Positions 29,102 to 43,252 of a stretch of 59,270 nucleotides of DNA are shown one piece after another. The first letter of the stretch is position 1; every line of letters begins with the position of its first letter. The translations under genes were made by a program, and so were the position numbers. The notes beneath the pieces were generated by a model. The model was given only the letters and a program-made list of their open reading frames with translations. It did not search any database and had not been told where the DNA came from. This DNA comes from Spongospora subterranea f. sp. subterranea (taxonomy: Eukaryota): assembly GCA_049724395.1 (NCBI GenBank), contig JAUGWO010000077.1, positions 1 through 59,270 on the forward strand, given 5' to 3'.

Positions 29102-30748
29102 ATGGGCGATGAGGATCCGGGAGTGTCGGCCGACCATACGGTGAGGTCGTTCGATCTAGGCCCTGGTTCGGAACTGAGAATCGAGGCTGCCGCCGACGGG
29201 TTCGCCTATTTCAAGCTGATCTCGGGCACCGCTGAGCTGTTCGGTACCGAGCTGACCGTTGACCGCCAGCACTCGATCACCGACGTCAGTGTTGGCGTTT
29301 ATTCATGGCATGGCGCTAAGATCGATGTCTGGGGCCATACACAGGTTCGAAAATACGACATAAATTCTCAATTTGCCAAATCATTGCGTCCATTGCGTCA
29401 AATATTTTTCCAGTTTCTTCCTCTTCGCGACTATTGAGTTTTGGTCCGAATTTCATCTCCTAATTCCAGCCATTTAAGGGCGTATTGCCAGCTGTATTCG
29501 TGTACAGCAATTTTGGATGTGTTTGTGTTCTCGTTTCTTGTTCTCCTTGGAACTCTCTTTTCTTTTGACCAGTGTGCTGGCGTTGTCATCTTTATATCTT
29601 AGTCTTGTTATTCTCATCATTGCCGTTTTCTAGAGTTTGGTGTCCTAACACTGCGAAATTTTTTCGCTAAACAGGTTATGCGTTATGAATAGGTTGTTTA
29701 CATGACTAAAGAGACGCCGATGACGGAATATGTGAACCTGCATGCCCAGATTGAGCTGGAACGAGAGGCGCGACGTGGTGCTGGGCCCAGGGTTATGGTC
29801 TGTGGCGGGTCCGATTCCGGCAAAAGCACATTGTCGCGTATTCTGCTCTCGTATGCCGTTCGTGCCGGGCGCCAGCCCGTGTTCGTCGATCTCGATGTTG
29901 GTCATAACGATATTGGCGTTCCAGGAACATTGGCCGCCTCCTCGGTTCTCCACCCTTTCGATATCGATTTCGGCCTGCGCGCGCGCGTTCCATTAGTCAT
30001 GTTCTATGGGCATTTATCGCCAGCTGAGAACACTGATCACTATCTGGCCTGTGTTTCGCAGCTGTCCGCTGCCGTCCAACGTCGTCTGAGCTGTCACGAG
30101 CAAGAGCGTGAAGCTGGCCTCATCGTGAACACATGCGGTTGGGTTGATGGCGCTGGATACTCATTACTGCTGTCGGTTGTGGCTGCCATGGAAATCACAC
30201 ATCTGGTCGTAATCGGTCAGGATCGTCTCCATGCCCAGCTTCAGCAGGAATCGGCCTTGTCCAACGTTATCGTGTCGAAAGTCGCCAAATCCGGTGGCGT
30301 CGTTCAGCGCGGTGTTGCTCTTCGCCGTCGTCATATGCAGCTTCGATTCAAGCAGTATTTCTATGGTCCAGCGACTGATTTATGCCCCCATATCACGTTT
30401 TTGAGGTTTAACGAGGTCGGTATATTTCAAGTGGGAGGTTTGGCACAGGCGCCATCGACAATGTTGCCGATCGGTGGCGAACGGCATCTCGAATCGAACC
30501 AAGTCGTTCCGGTTGTTCCCACGTCGGATTTCGTTCATTCGGTGCTGGCCGTGTCGCAGGCGACGTGCCCGGAGGAGCTGTTGAAGGCGCCCATTGCCGG
30601 TCTGGTGTTCGTGACCGCCATCGATACGATCAAGCACACGATGTCGCTATTGGCCCCATGCTCTGGCCCTCTCCCTGCCAATTGTCTCCTATTCGGTTCC
30701 CTTAAATGGAGCGAAGGCACTGCATTTTCTGTGGCCAAAAAAGTTTAA
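29102..30748 (+). CDS. CLP1: Polyribonucleotide 5'-hydroxyl kinase Clp1; exons 29102-29344 and 29693-30748
   Basis: ELRIE, GTAELFGTEL, YSWHG, ETPM, Walker A GGSDSGKST, VDLDVG, INTCGW-like VNTCGW, KSGGVV, YFYG. Confidence 0.97.
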
Positions 30749-31031
30749 TTTATTGATTTAAAATATTTTTTAATACTCGTTCGCGTCAAATTCAGCTCGA
30801 TTTCCGCGTTGGCAACGAATTTCTACGCTTTTCGTCAGTTATCGGTAGCCGAAATCGCATTGTGTGAACTGGTGAGGTACTCATAGAAGCTCCAGTTCGT
30901 TTGATACCGTTGTGATTTTCAGAAATATTGGAATATTGGGGATACCGTATGTAATAATTCAGCTAACAATTATGGTGAAGCGGTGCGGGTTTTCTACCCT
31001 CGAAATCTCGTGTCGTTGATCGTTTTTATTC

Positions 31032-32639
31032 TTATTCCTCTGGAAGTTGGGACTTCTCTTCATCGGGAGTGGCTGCAACTATGGGTTCTTGCGCTTTTGA
31101 TTCGAACTCCTTGAGGCGACGCTCGTGTTCTTGCAAGTAATAGACCTTGCGAGCATCGGCGATGGCGGTGTCGTCTTTAATTTGGTGATATACGGCGTCA
31201 TTGACTACGTCACGTATGGTCGCGATGCTATTCGCTTCCTCAGCAATCCTTGCCGATGTTGCCGAGGCAATCCACGGTATAAACTGATTCTCGACCTCCT
31301 GAACGACCGGATCACCGAAATGCCCTTTGGTCTTTAGCTGACTCAGGACGTTTGCCTGAAGACCTATCGAGATATCGCAATCATTGACCGGCAATATTGA
31401 CCGTCAAAGAAACCGAAAACGGGGGAACAAATGTCAGAAAATGTAACGTTCGATGGCGGTAACAACAGATGACGTTCGTATCGGTAAAAGGTGGTATCAC
31501 GTCCATTCCGGGAATCGGGACGCGCTTTTACACTGTCGATGTGCGGATAGTTAGTCGACTACATTCTTTGATCTAAATGTTGATGAGGTGTTCTGAGAAT
31601 GTTTCATGGAATGGGCGGTCCAATCACCGATGGCGTCAATGCCAAGCAGCTGGTCGATCATTATGCGTATATCGATTCGAAACTGGGCAAAAACAAAATG
31701 GTGCCGTGATGTTATCAACCCGTACCTTCCAGGCAGTTCTTGGCTGCTGTCCTCGCTGCCAGTTTTGTCGATAAGACACTTTCATTGCGAACACGCTCTT
31801 TTTCTTGCACTTTTCTTCTCTGTTTCTCTTCGAACAGGCGAGTCTCGCGCGCCTCAATTCGTTGCGTCTCGGCCAGTTCGACATTCCTAATCTGTTCGAA
31901 TTGGTCGCGCCTGACTTTCAGCTCGTGCAATTCGTTCTCGTCGATCACCTCCATGATGGACTGATCGATTACCTTTCCGACAAGCACCTCAAGGATCGGT
32001 TCGACTTCGATTCCGAAATCGAACAGATCGCCGGGGCATTATCTGGGTCCCTTTGGATTCCCCGGAAGGAACGGGAACGAATCGAGGAGATTCCGGACGA
32101 TCCAGGAAGGTGTCGGTCTGTATGTCCTGCTCCTTTGCATCGGGATGGTAGTCCAATATCTCAAGATACGTCGCCGTTTGGACCTGGCTGTGTTGACGAC
32201 CCAGAACGGGTTCCGGAGTGTTGGACATTCCCGGCTGACTACCTTCAGGATGTTCGCCCAGTGAACGGTTCCGTTGATGCCGATTCCTATGTCTGTTCGG
32301 CGACGATGTTTTTGTCGGTTGAAGCGGTTCAGCGGCTCTTCGAGGATAATTACTTCCACGACACACTCTTCGATTGAACATGATATTTTGGGGTATTTTC
32401 CTGCAGAAATAACACGATTCTCAGGGGGACAGATATGTACTGTTCAATGCCAATTTACAAATCATCGTCAGGACGAACGATTGTCACCGACTTCTCAATG
32501 GGATTCAGCATATCTGGACTGCGTAGCGCCATGTTCTCTCGGCACCTGTCTCCCCTATCTGTGTTGCAGAGTGTCGATATCGCCAAGAGCCCGCGCGAGA
32601 GCGAGAACGGGTCGAGTATCTTGTACCCGAAATATCCAT
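31032..32639 (-). CDS. RSPH3: Radial spoke protein 3, apparent frameshift near 32034; first exon junction uncertain
   Basis: NIMFNRRVCRGSNY, TPEPVLGRQH..VQT..YLE, QTDTFLDRP, GDLFDF.IEVEPILEVLVGK, FEQIRNVELAETQR, VENQFIPW. Confidence 0.93.
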
Positions 32640-33199
32640 CTGGTTTAAGGGAATCACAGATTGATTTCCCAATAAAAGTCATTCAGTTCGTGGTGTCCGT
32701 GACTCTCGTTTTCAATCAGAGCTAATGAAGATTAAGATAGACAGCTGGCGCGGCGTCGCGCTTTGGAAGTGGAAAGTGTCGGAAGATTGCTGCACGATCT
32801 GCTGCCAGCCGTTTGATGGCTGCTGCCCTTCTTGCCAAAGCCCAGGTAAATATGGGGCCGGCCCCGTTGTGATCGGTTGGCGGTTGATTGGAGGAGCTTT
32901 ATAGGTGATGATTGTCCACCTGTTTGGGGTGAATGCAATCACCCATTTCATATTCACTGTATTCTTGTAAAGTGCTCCACCGTCTGATTCTGTCCAGACC
33001 GTGCTGATCGATCATATTCCCGCCAATACAGAAATGGCTAAAGGAGCAAACGTCAAGGCAACAGTGCCCAATGTGCCGACGAGATTGGCAATACAAAGGA
33101 GAAGACGGTTCCACAGCACCTGTTGGCGCTTCCTCATAGCGTTTCAATCGCCCTTGGCAATGGCTCTTCACTCATCTCGCTTGCACTACTCCAAAATAA

Positions 33200-34630
33200 A
33201 TGTGTCGAGATTCGTTATTTATCCACAGTCGCTGTGTCAATACTTTCCCATAGATCTGCTGAAGAATATCAAACTGAAGAGGATTATGGGGAGTTCTGGT
33301 TTTTCTTCTGCGTTGAAACAGATATCAGACGTCTCAGTTTGCGTAGCGGACTTACTTGTTTTGCCATCCTCATTTCGTCATGGCGCAATGCTTTGATTGG
33401 GCTCCGCTTCAATCTTCTGTCAAAACCATACTCACTCCATATCTGAAAAGGCGCAGAATAGGATCAGGCCGCTGTGCCTGGCTTTGCCGGCGATTTTCCT
33501 ATGATTTATACCTTGTCGTTTGCCGGTATCGCCCTTGTTTTCTTCTTGACACTTTTGTCGCCGAGATTTCAGATCTCTCACGAATCCTTGGTCATCTCAA
33601 AATGGTGTGATGTAGTTTTGCACATGCTGCTAGAATTGGTTTTGATGTTTAGAACTCAATCTATATTTCAGGAAATATCGGAACTGAGTGATCTATTATT
33701 GATCGTTGTGGACGATGACGCCATCTTCATCGCTCATCAGGCGGAAACTTTGCGCTTCTTAACTTCGCCGACATGGCTAACACGAATTTTATTCATCAAC
33801 GTTGATCAATCGTTATCCACTCCCAGCGTCGGTTCGCCTCAATTATGAAATGAACTGTCCTGACCGTACTGACAGGTTTGTTCCGATATCGAGAAGCGGT
33901 CAATTTTCGAGGCATTGGAACCATTTCGTCAGCATCTAATGGCAGAAATTGGACGGCGGTCTCATGCCATTGTTGTCAAAATCAAAGCTCCTGGCAATGT
34001 TAATCTATCTTTGATCGCTGGGGTAATTTTGGATTATCCTGTTTGCTACGTATCCATGGCGTCAATCTTGTCTTCTTCAGCAGATCACAAATCGAGTATG
34101 TATCGACTCTACCCTTCTCGTTGGTCCATTGATTGCTGTTCAGCTTCTTCTCCGGCGTCTGTGGTTAATGTAAATCTTCAGGTTATTGAAGCATTTGTGG
34201 AAGATTTCTTTCCGAACATGGTCGCGTTCAGTTTCTCACATGCCCTGAAGTATTTTCATATTTGATACCGTCACCTTACTGCATCACATTTGGCACCCGG
34301 AGTCATATCAAATTTGGTTTTACAATTTCCCTCTGACGGTTAACATGAAAATGTACCGATTTCCGCCTGACGCGCCCGCAATAAGTGAAGAGTATCTAGG
34401 CCGACTGATCAGTTGATTTGCCTCCACCTGGGAGAGTCGTCATCCCGGTTTTGTTTGCGAGGGATGTTTTCTTGTGCTAACAAATGTGGAAGATCCATCA
34501 TAACAAATTCAAATTCAAAGCTGAATTGGCAATTTCATTACTTTGTTCTGTTCGCTACGCGGCCATCTGAAAACTGCCATTTTCGTTCATCGGTGTTGTT
34601 GACCTGACCAGTTTTTCTATTCTGTCTATG
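33200..34630 (+). CDS. UPF0739/C1orf74-like protein (multi-exon, boundaries approximate)
   Basis: Exon fragments VADLL..ALIGLR, ILFINVDQSLSTP, NLSLIAGVILDYPVCY (like NLCTxFGILLGYPVPY). Confidence 0.55.
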
Positions 34631-35004
34631 ATAAAGATTAAAGCTAACTAAACAGATGTACCACTTTGACTACCGTGAAATCCTGTCTTTACGATTACCT
34701 GATGTAAATCAGTTAAAATTGGTATCTACAAAGCATCTTGTAATCAACCCATTTCAGTATTTAGCGATACTTAATCGTCTACCTTCGACAGTTCTGTGTC
34801 AAGTGCTAGATCTTGTTTTAGTTCTGGATTAAGAATATACGGGCTAACGCTTGCCCATGGCACTACTTGGCTCATAGGGATCAGCTCCTGAGACCCACAC
34901 TCTCAACGTGCTCGTGTATCAACCAAACCCAATAATCAAAAAACAGTACGGCGTTATCCAACTTGATAAATTAGCGCCTCAGATTCACGAAAACGTAAAT
35001 GTAA

Positions 35005-36697
35005 TCATATTGGTTTCTTTACCCGGACCGTCGAAAAGTGGACGCCATGAACTGAACCTGTTACGCTAGCAGCTGCAAACACAAATCGGGTGCGAGTCAT
35101 GAGCTTCGAGTTCATCAATGGACACTCTGCCCCGGAATACTCCAAGATTATACATAACGAATTTCGCCAGAGATATCTCAACAAATTTTTGAACAAATCT
35201 GTCGGATTACTTGACCACGCGATAAACGTCTTGTAACAATTAAGCAATGACGATTTAAACCTGTTCGTTATTTTACCTTGCCGATTATTTTGGTCTCACA
35301 GAGATCATCTGCAGCGACTAGATATAATGCTCGGAACGGCGTCACCGAAATGTTGACATTACTATTTCTGACCCGCCAGTCGTTTATCGGGATATACGTT
35401 GATCCGATTGACAGTGCAGGAATAGCCAAATCTGGGGCTATCTTCTCCATCGAGAACCCATGGCAGCGGCATGCCTGAAAATGTCCAACTGTCACTGATG
35501 ACTGATCTGGGTCACAAGTGAAAACAATAATACCTGGACTGCATGTGGAAAATATAAGGTTTCAAGGAACGGCTGAGATGTGAGTGTCAAAATCAGACCC
35601 CCTTCCTTGCGTAGGTTTGAAGACAAATGCGACAAATCGATCACGATTTCTGTTGTTGAAGATAAAACACCTCGCATTTTACGAAATTCTGTTGCCAGCA
35701 CTCCGGAATCTGTAGTTTGACTGAGCTCATTGTGAATCAACATATGTTGGCATTGCACCATTTGGTAGTTGCACTGTATGGAACGTCTCAGTGTTTTTCG
35801 GTAGGGTTGAGGGCAGTTTGGTTTCCTGACTTGACCAACTTTCTGAACTGTTCCGATCAAGCTTGACAGAGAGCAGCTTGACAGGTACAATGTCTTCCAT
35901 TAGCGATGAGAAGTCCTATCACTCGAACTATATAAGTGCGAGCTGGAACAAACGGACGCAAAACGTAGACAAGAAATGATGTGGTTCGGAAAAGAGACAC
36001 AAATCAAAGACCGAAGGCTTGTGCTGAAAACATAGCATATGAACTGTTTTTGCAAACCTGAGGACAATTGGGCAAATCGACAAGGGCTGAAAGAAAATAG
36101 ATGTGTGATAACCCTTTTTGTTTCGCCAAGCACGATAGAGATGCTGCATCTGAGCAAAAAAGAAATTCAATTTATAAACGCGCGTTAACTAATCACGAAT
36201 GTAATCGCAAACCCCGACGGTTGTGATTACAGGATCTTACAACTTGGGGTAGGATCTCGTGCAAACACAGGAGTTCCAACAAGCACGCTGTCAAACCTGT
36301 CATCTATCCAATCTATGGCTTCGTATGCCTGGTGCAGATCATATGGCGGCGCCAATATTACCTCGCAATCGCTCGGATGCGCTCGACACACCACTATGAC
36401 GACTTCCTTCAAAAAAATTAGTACGTGGCTCCAACGTTTGTCGCAACGGAACCGAGTCAAAATGAACCTTGGCAAATTGCCAGACCGTATCGTCGGGGAA
36501 AAGCAGAAACAACTCCGAATAAAAAAGTACTGTAGAACCTCAGAATCGTTGGAAGTGCCACCACACTGATGGTTGCACAAACACCTGAGTTCATGGCGGA
36601 CGTCACGTAAGTATGATTGAAATTGGTCACGAGTTCGAGGATCGCCTTGGTCAGGCAGCAGTTGTAATCTGATATCGATGACAATGGCGATCGTCAT
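35005..36697 (-). CDS. Divergent vWA-like protein, possibly Integrator subunit 14-like (multi-exon, 3' end uncertain)
   Basis: MTIAIVIDIRLQL and EVVIVVC..CEVILAPPYDLHQAYEAIDWIDD resemble the INTS14 N-terminus. Later LIGTV..PQPY. Several GT-AG-flanked open segments. Confidence 0.35.
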
Positions 36698-37382
36698 ATG
36701 TCCAAATCAGACCTACTACAGGTTTGCCAATGTCAATAGAGTACTGTACTCGCAATAGAGCTGTTGAAGGTATCAAGTAACAGCATAACATCACTGCGCA
36801 CCGTATCGCGTCTCGGAAATGTTCAGGCTGAAGGGGCGTCAAGTGACTGTCATCGTACAATGTAACATACGCACTGGTAACTACACAGTCGATACGTGAC
36901 AGGTAACACAGCACCAGACCGTGCGATAGCCCGTTCCACTGCGATGCCCCGTTTGGGTGGCGTGAAAGGTGCACCGGAGTTGGTCAAAAGATGAGCAGAA
37001 ATTACCGGCAACAAATTGAAAAAAAATGCACCAGAATATATTCAGGTTAAACCAATCTCACCGGCAATGCCTGGAAGACGGCAGAGAGAACCAATAATTC
37101 ATGTGGCGATGCTGCAACACAAGTGCCATCTTAATGTTTTGCCGTTAGAAAACGAGGGATGCGTTGATGCATGGAGAGAAAACCGGAAAGCGCTCCGCAA
37201 CAGATTTTTCTCGCATGCAGAACACGACCGTTAACATGGAAAGACAAGACCTTCTTAAGAAAAGAGCAGAGTACGGTCAGAAAATCTATTCGGTCACCCG
37301 GTATAACTGGCCTTAGACCCATTCTCAACGGTCCTAGACAGGTGAACATTTTAGCTCGCAGGCCGGTTGCTTGACAAACACA

Positions 37383-39155
37383 ATGCCGAAGGCATTGCTA
37401 ATTCTCTCGGGGCGTATGGTCTCTCCAGCATACCAGCAGGCCAAAGCTGTCGCTAAGGTCCGCCTTTTGTCAGCATCACTATGTGGCATGTTATATTCAC
37501 GTTATGGCGCTTCAGCAAATCGCCGCCGTCGCTTACGATATACTCTCGGCCGAAATTATCGATATATTAGACCTGGACTGGGAGATTCGAGTTCAACAGA
37601 TTCAACTGGTAATGTAGATTGTTAAATACATTTGTGAACGAAGGATGCATACAATATTCTAGTTTGTGTTCAATCAAAACTGGGACAGTAGTGTTTGTTC
37701 TCACGTCTGACAAATGGACTTACAGAAATTTGGAATCCACATAGTGGGTTCGTGCTCGGATTTGTTCGCTTACCACTCCAAACTGGGCTGGATTGGCTCA
37801 ACTGTTGCCGATCTTCAGGAATGGGGTTCGTCGCGCTTCCAAATCGGCCCCATCGAGGGCGATGTCGATTTTGAAGAGAGCGCCCGTAACAGCGTTCAGG
37901 AATATTGTAGGGAACACGCTAAGGTACTTTTATTCTCGCCTTGAAAGTTAGAGCACCTATAAAACCGATTAATCATTGGATTTGTGTTTGATATCAATAC
38001 TACTTACGACTATTGAAGTTGTAGAGCGGAACACGGTCCTTCTTGTAGTTGGAAGTATTATACGGGTTCCAATGTTCCATTTTCGTTATTCGGATTTTTG
38101 GCAATTACTGACAAGGCCTACTGGGCCATGATGTAGGAAAGTAGGTTTGTATCGATGACCTTTGCAAGTGGCAACTTGGGTCCTATTGGATCAGTCGTAT
38201 TCGAATTGTTTTACAGTATCATGCCCAAAACATGCGATAATTTCCTGTAAGTCATTCTGTTTAATAAGTGATTTCGACACCGATTATATCCTTGTTGATT
38301 GCAACTTACTTATTCCATCGGTTGAAACTCAAACTGCTCTGTGTCACACTTGCGAAGTCATTGAACTATGGCGAACTCACGTAAGATTATAGGAAACTAT
38401 GCACAGGCCAATGTGGTGATAGTGAAAACGGCATTACTCTACATTATCTTAACACTCCAATTCGTAATAATCTGCAGTTTTCGTGACTTTTAACATATTT
38501 GACAAGTTTCAGATCGCGTTGTTAAAGGGGCCTGGATTCAGGGCGGCGGTAAGTATACCCCACAACAAATTGGTCCTCAACCTAACGGTTCTGACGTGAT
38601 ATCAGATATAGTTACCGGTAATGGTGACAAGGGTGAGAGCGTATATGGTGGTACCTTCGAAGATGAATGTTTCGCCATTAAACACGATCGCGCTGGAATA
38701 TTAGTGAGGCGCCTCCACTTTTTCCTTTTTATCAACATTGCATTCAAATTCCAAATCCGATGCGTGAAAATCTTCGATGCCTTTCGGCAATAGGACCTAG
38801 TGCTTTTTCTAGTGAATGTCGTTTTCGTGGAAAAGTACAGATATTGTGATGATCTTATTTATGCAACAACAAAATTCAACCAAAACGTTTGGTTTCACCC
38901 AATTCAAGAACAATTTCAGTTGCTGATTGTATTTGAATGTAGTCAATGGCAAATTTCGGGTCCCCACATTCTAATAACAGCCAATTTTTCGTAACATTAC
39001 GGGACCTTGAATATTTGGACACAAAGAAAGTGGCATTTGGTCGCGTCGTTACTGGTCTCGACGTCATATCGACAATTGGATCTTCGCCGACTTGTAACGA
39101 GAGGCCACAGCCACCTATTACAGTGTCGTCATGCGGTGAATTCGCTGTCAAATAG
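37383..39155 (+). CDS. PPIL6: Cyclophilin-like PPIL6-type protein (multi-exon)
   Basis: N-terminal extension, then VFELF..PKTCDNF..LCTG, HRVVKGAWIQGGDI, GESVYGGTFEDE, MANFGSPHSNNSQFFVTL, KKVAFGRV. Confidence 0.85.
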
Positions 39156-39290
39156 CCTCAACAAGGAACAACCATATCACAAATAATACAAACATGTGCT
39201 GACCATCGTGTCAACTGTGATAACAAATTCCTCGTTCATTTTGACTATGAACGAGCGTGAATCTACAACGATAAAAGGACTTGCAGATCG

Positions 39291-42200
39291 ATGTCAATGC
39301 GCTCACGAGCTCACGGCCTGGATGCATATCAGTATTACAACAGAAATAGCCTGTTCACTCGAAAAAATACATTTTTGAAAGTCGCAGATTCGGAGAGACC
39401 AGGGTCTATGGAAATGTCCACCTCAGGTAATTCTCAATGGAGCCAGGTACCACCGACCCCAAAAAATTGCTAGTGCTCAAACTGCGCTTCGTCGTTGAAA
39501 AAGCCCAAATTTGTTGCCATGTTGGTTCAATCAGCCTCGAAGGCTGTCGAGGATGAGTACAGCGATATGACGCACAATACGAACGAATTGCTGGATTTCA
39601 CCAATTTTTCAGCGTGCCGTAATTTGCTCAAGGTTGGCGAGTTTCTCCTTTCATGAAGTTATATAACTAGACAAGCGCAGATTACGGCGATGGCCACTGT
39701 GGATTCAATGGTCTGGTGTCTGGTCAACACCCTCGTTCTGATAGTGTTCACTGCAATGTTGGTAGTTTGGCCATTGGTCGAAGTCGGCATCAAGGCATTC
39801 ATGCTGGTTGTATTTAAATTGGGGTTCTGTTATGATCCACCCCAAACAATTCGGGTATGTTCGCTGGCACATCGGCACAAATCCGACTTGACAGCTGAAA
39901 CATGTCAGTCTCCATGTGAGGAGTTTTGTTCGAACCTAGTTTCGAGAGTTTTTTTGCGTATGCTGTTAAACACGAACTGTTTTAAGTAAAACATTACATG
40001 CACATCAATGGCTGTCAGAATAACGAAAAATTTGTTCCGGCTGCGTTAGGGTACGAAGGAGCCATTATCTGCCGTCAACGTCACGTTTCCGAACATGCAT
40101 AGCGGGTATATCCCCGATTGGGTGAAGCTGTGTCCTCTATTAACTCAGAGAGGGAGCCGCACAGAAGAAGCCGAGTTCAACCAGGATATAGCCGAGCTTA
40201 TGTTGCATCTGTCCGCTCTGGCCTGTAAGATATACCCATTGTGTGCAGTGTAGGGTAACATGATAGAGTGACACATGGGTTCACCCAGCATCTGTATTTT
40301 CAACGCTGTTATAAGCATTGGTTGGCGACGCGTATTATTGTGAATTGTCACTGGCTGTGTTCTGATGTGTCTGATTTTGCAAGTCCGGTGTTGATCCTTT
40401 CATGAAGTGGTTAATTCATTGGATGAGGTATCTGATTATGAGATATTGTGCAGATGAATCGGATCATGTCGTATCGCAAACAATCACATCGTGGAACCAT
40501 CCGGCGCTATCGCTGCAATATAGCCGGTTTGGCCATAATGGCCTAATTATGGTTGTCCTGTACAGCGTCCCAGGTCGCTTCGTGATTCCAGCGTTCAAGG
40601 GCACGTCACCCTTTGATCTAACTGAATGGTTGACTGATGCCATCTTTCGGAAAGCTGCCACCAAGAATTGCGTTTTACCTGGAATGCTCCATTGCGTAAG
40701 CCAAGTCATTGTGTCTATGATTACCATCAACGTTTTGCTTGTAAACGTCTACGACAGCTCCTTTTGTTTCTCTGATTGATTTTCTGGTTTATTTTGGTTC
40801 TAAAACGTTCTCATGACGATCTTCTTGATCAGGGATTTTTTGACGTGTTCGGATTCCCGGCGTGTGAAATAATGACATCGCCAACTCGGACATGGAACTG
40901 TTCTACGAAAATGGACACAGATGTGACCGTCCCCATTCTAGAAGGTCTCGCGTCCGGAAATCATATACGAATGAGTCCTGTCGTCAACACTGCAATCGAT
41001 CCGGTCGTCAAAACTCACGTAGACTGGTTTCGTCGTCGATTTTCTCCTCGTCATGGTGGTCCTATTACACATAATGATCGGGCACCAGTTATTGATGTGG
41101 CGGTCGGGTTCTGGTCACACCTCGAGTCCGAGTTCATCGCCATTTGCCAGAAGTTTAACGAGAACACGGTAGGAAATATGGCTAAGCCATCCATGATAAT
41201 AACTGGCCATTCTCTTGGTGCGGCCACCGCCACCTTGTTCTCAGCCATCTTATTATGGCAGCGAACTGGCCATCCGTCTGGCGCTCACTCAATTTCATGG
41301 GACTTGGTTAGTACTAAGATCTCTGTTTCCAGACCCATACTTTATTCGTTTACTTCTGCAATTGTTCTCTATTTTGAATGAGACGCAAATTATGTGTACT
41401 GTTCTCAAGTCTGTGTCCGATGAGTTGTGATAATTTGTTAGAATTTGACGTAATTACTGAGCGGTTTTGCTCATCAGTTTTCGCATTTGATGTTGACCCA
41501 GTATTAACGCTGTATTGGATGATTTCTTTCTTTTTTATGGTAAAGTTTGATGATGGGGTTGGCTTTAAGATTTTGCTGTAACTGAATCGTTTTATGATGT
41601 AAACAGATGTTCCGTTTGGAGGGATGTGTGACATTTGGGACACCACGTGCCGGCGACGACACATTCGCATCCGCAATCGACGACGTTCGGACTAGGATTG
41701 ACTTGACACCCGAAGATCAACCATTGTTTTTCTCGTACCGTGTCATTAACGGCAACGATATCGTCTGTTCGGGACCGTTTTCTCCTGCGATTGATCTCAG
41801 GTAAATACGTGCTATGCGGAAAGTGCTTTGAAAATCGTTAGTGTTGTTGTCCTTTTTGGTTGGGTTGATATTTGTTTATTCAAATCTTCTCAGGATTGTG
41901 CCAGAGCGGTGCGGAGACCATCCAATGGAGATACCATCCTTCCTTAGTCTGCTGGATTCTCGCCATTATGGCGTTCCCATCCTCCTTCATTCCCGTAGAA
42001 AGAATGGCCAGTTTTCGCCCGTGTACCAGGTTCGCGAGCGGTCACTACTGGACATCATTCCCAATGTGATCGGCTATTGGAGCAATATTACTTGGAATCT
42101 GCGCAACGACTCTTACCTGCAGTTGCCGCTGTCGCTGATTCGGTTGGCCATTGTTCCCAGCGCCATTATAGACCACGGCCTAGGGTAAAGGCAACATGTG

Positions 42201-42365
42201 ACCTGTTGTGCAATGATTTAATAGCTTTCATTGGGTTTGTTGATTCAGTATATAAGTTGTCGCCAGACCAGGTTTCCTTGCACTTCTCAATGATGCTGTA
42301 AATGCTAACACGATGTTGTGATATTATTCAGAGACTACGCCGCGAACTTAGGGCGCCCAGTTTGA
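39291..42365 (+). CDS. Class 3 lipase with an N-terminal hydrophobic segment (multi-exon, start uncertain)
   Basis: AFKGTSPF..EWLTD, GMLH/GFF, ITGHSLGAA nucleophile elbow, TFGTPRAGD, RVINGNDIV, IIDH. Confidence 0.9.
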
Positions 42366-43252
42366 TTAGCACAGTTGGCCTTTTACGATTTTAATTAACG
42401 AATCATCATTAAAAACCGAATTTGTTCATTACGGCAACCTTAGGTATCTGTGTCATCCTTGATTCGAGCATCAAACCGCGCTTTTGTTCTACTGCAGAAT
42501 TCGACTGGATCGTAGACTCTTGAAAACCCTGAATATCCGCACTGTCCTGTTAAAAATATATCAAAACTCATCAAAAGGCTACTTGAAATTTGAAATGTCG
42601 ACAGACTCGTGTCTCAGTTATACCAATACATTTTGTCAAAAATATATACAAGGGACAGTTCTGCTGAGCGCATCAAACATTGCAATTAAAAACTCAAAAC
42701 CCGTTTAGTACAATAGCAGTTAAGATTTAGGATGCTGCCCTGTTACTGTCCAAAAACAAGTGAAGATACGTTCATCAAAGGGGCGCAGACAATGTTAAAA
42801 ATGCCTATGGAAGAAAGAATTATCTACTAACATGGTCTGTTCTTCAATTTTCCGGGTGCGTGTGGGAACAAATCGTTGCCAAAGGACGCTCTTTTGGGCA
42901 ACGTTCAAAGATGTGTTTAACGTGAACCTCAACACAGAGCCAGTAAAGCGTTAATGTAGACATTTTTCGTGAACGGAGGCTTGAAAGTCACTGCGGCGCT
43001 TCTTGGATGCTGGGTCATATTCTCTAAGCTGTCCAATGTCGAGTAAATGATGCCGCACCTGATTACAACGCGTTGCGTTTTCAGCACTGAGGAACAGTGA
43101 CTCGATGATTCACCAAAAAACACTACAGCATTTAAAATATCTCTCATGATAGGTTTCAAAATGCATTGCTGAAAAATTTACTACTATATACTTTCCGTTT
43201 TCCAAACAAATACGGTTTTGTAGAACCAACGAACTTAAATGCTGTAAATTCT

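Noticed and set aside
43124..43245. 12-bp inverted repeat tacagcatttaa/ttaaatgctgta beside the satellite
   Set aside because: Too short and AT-rich, with no TSD, to call an element.
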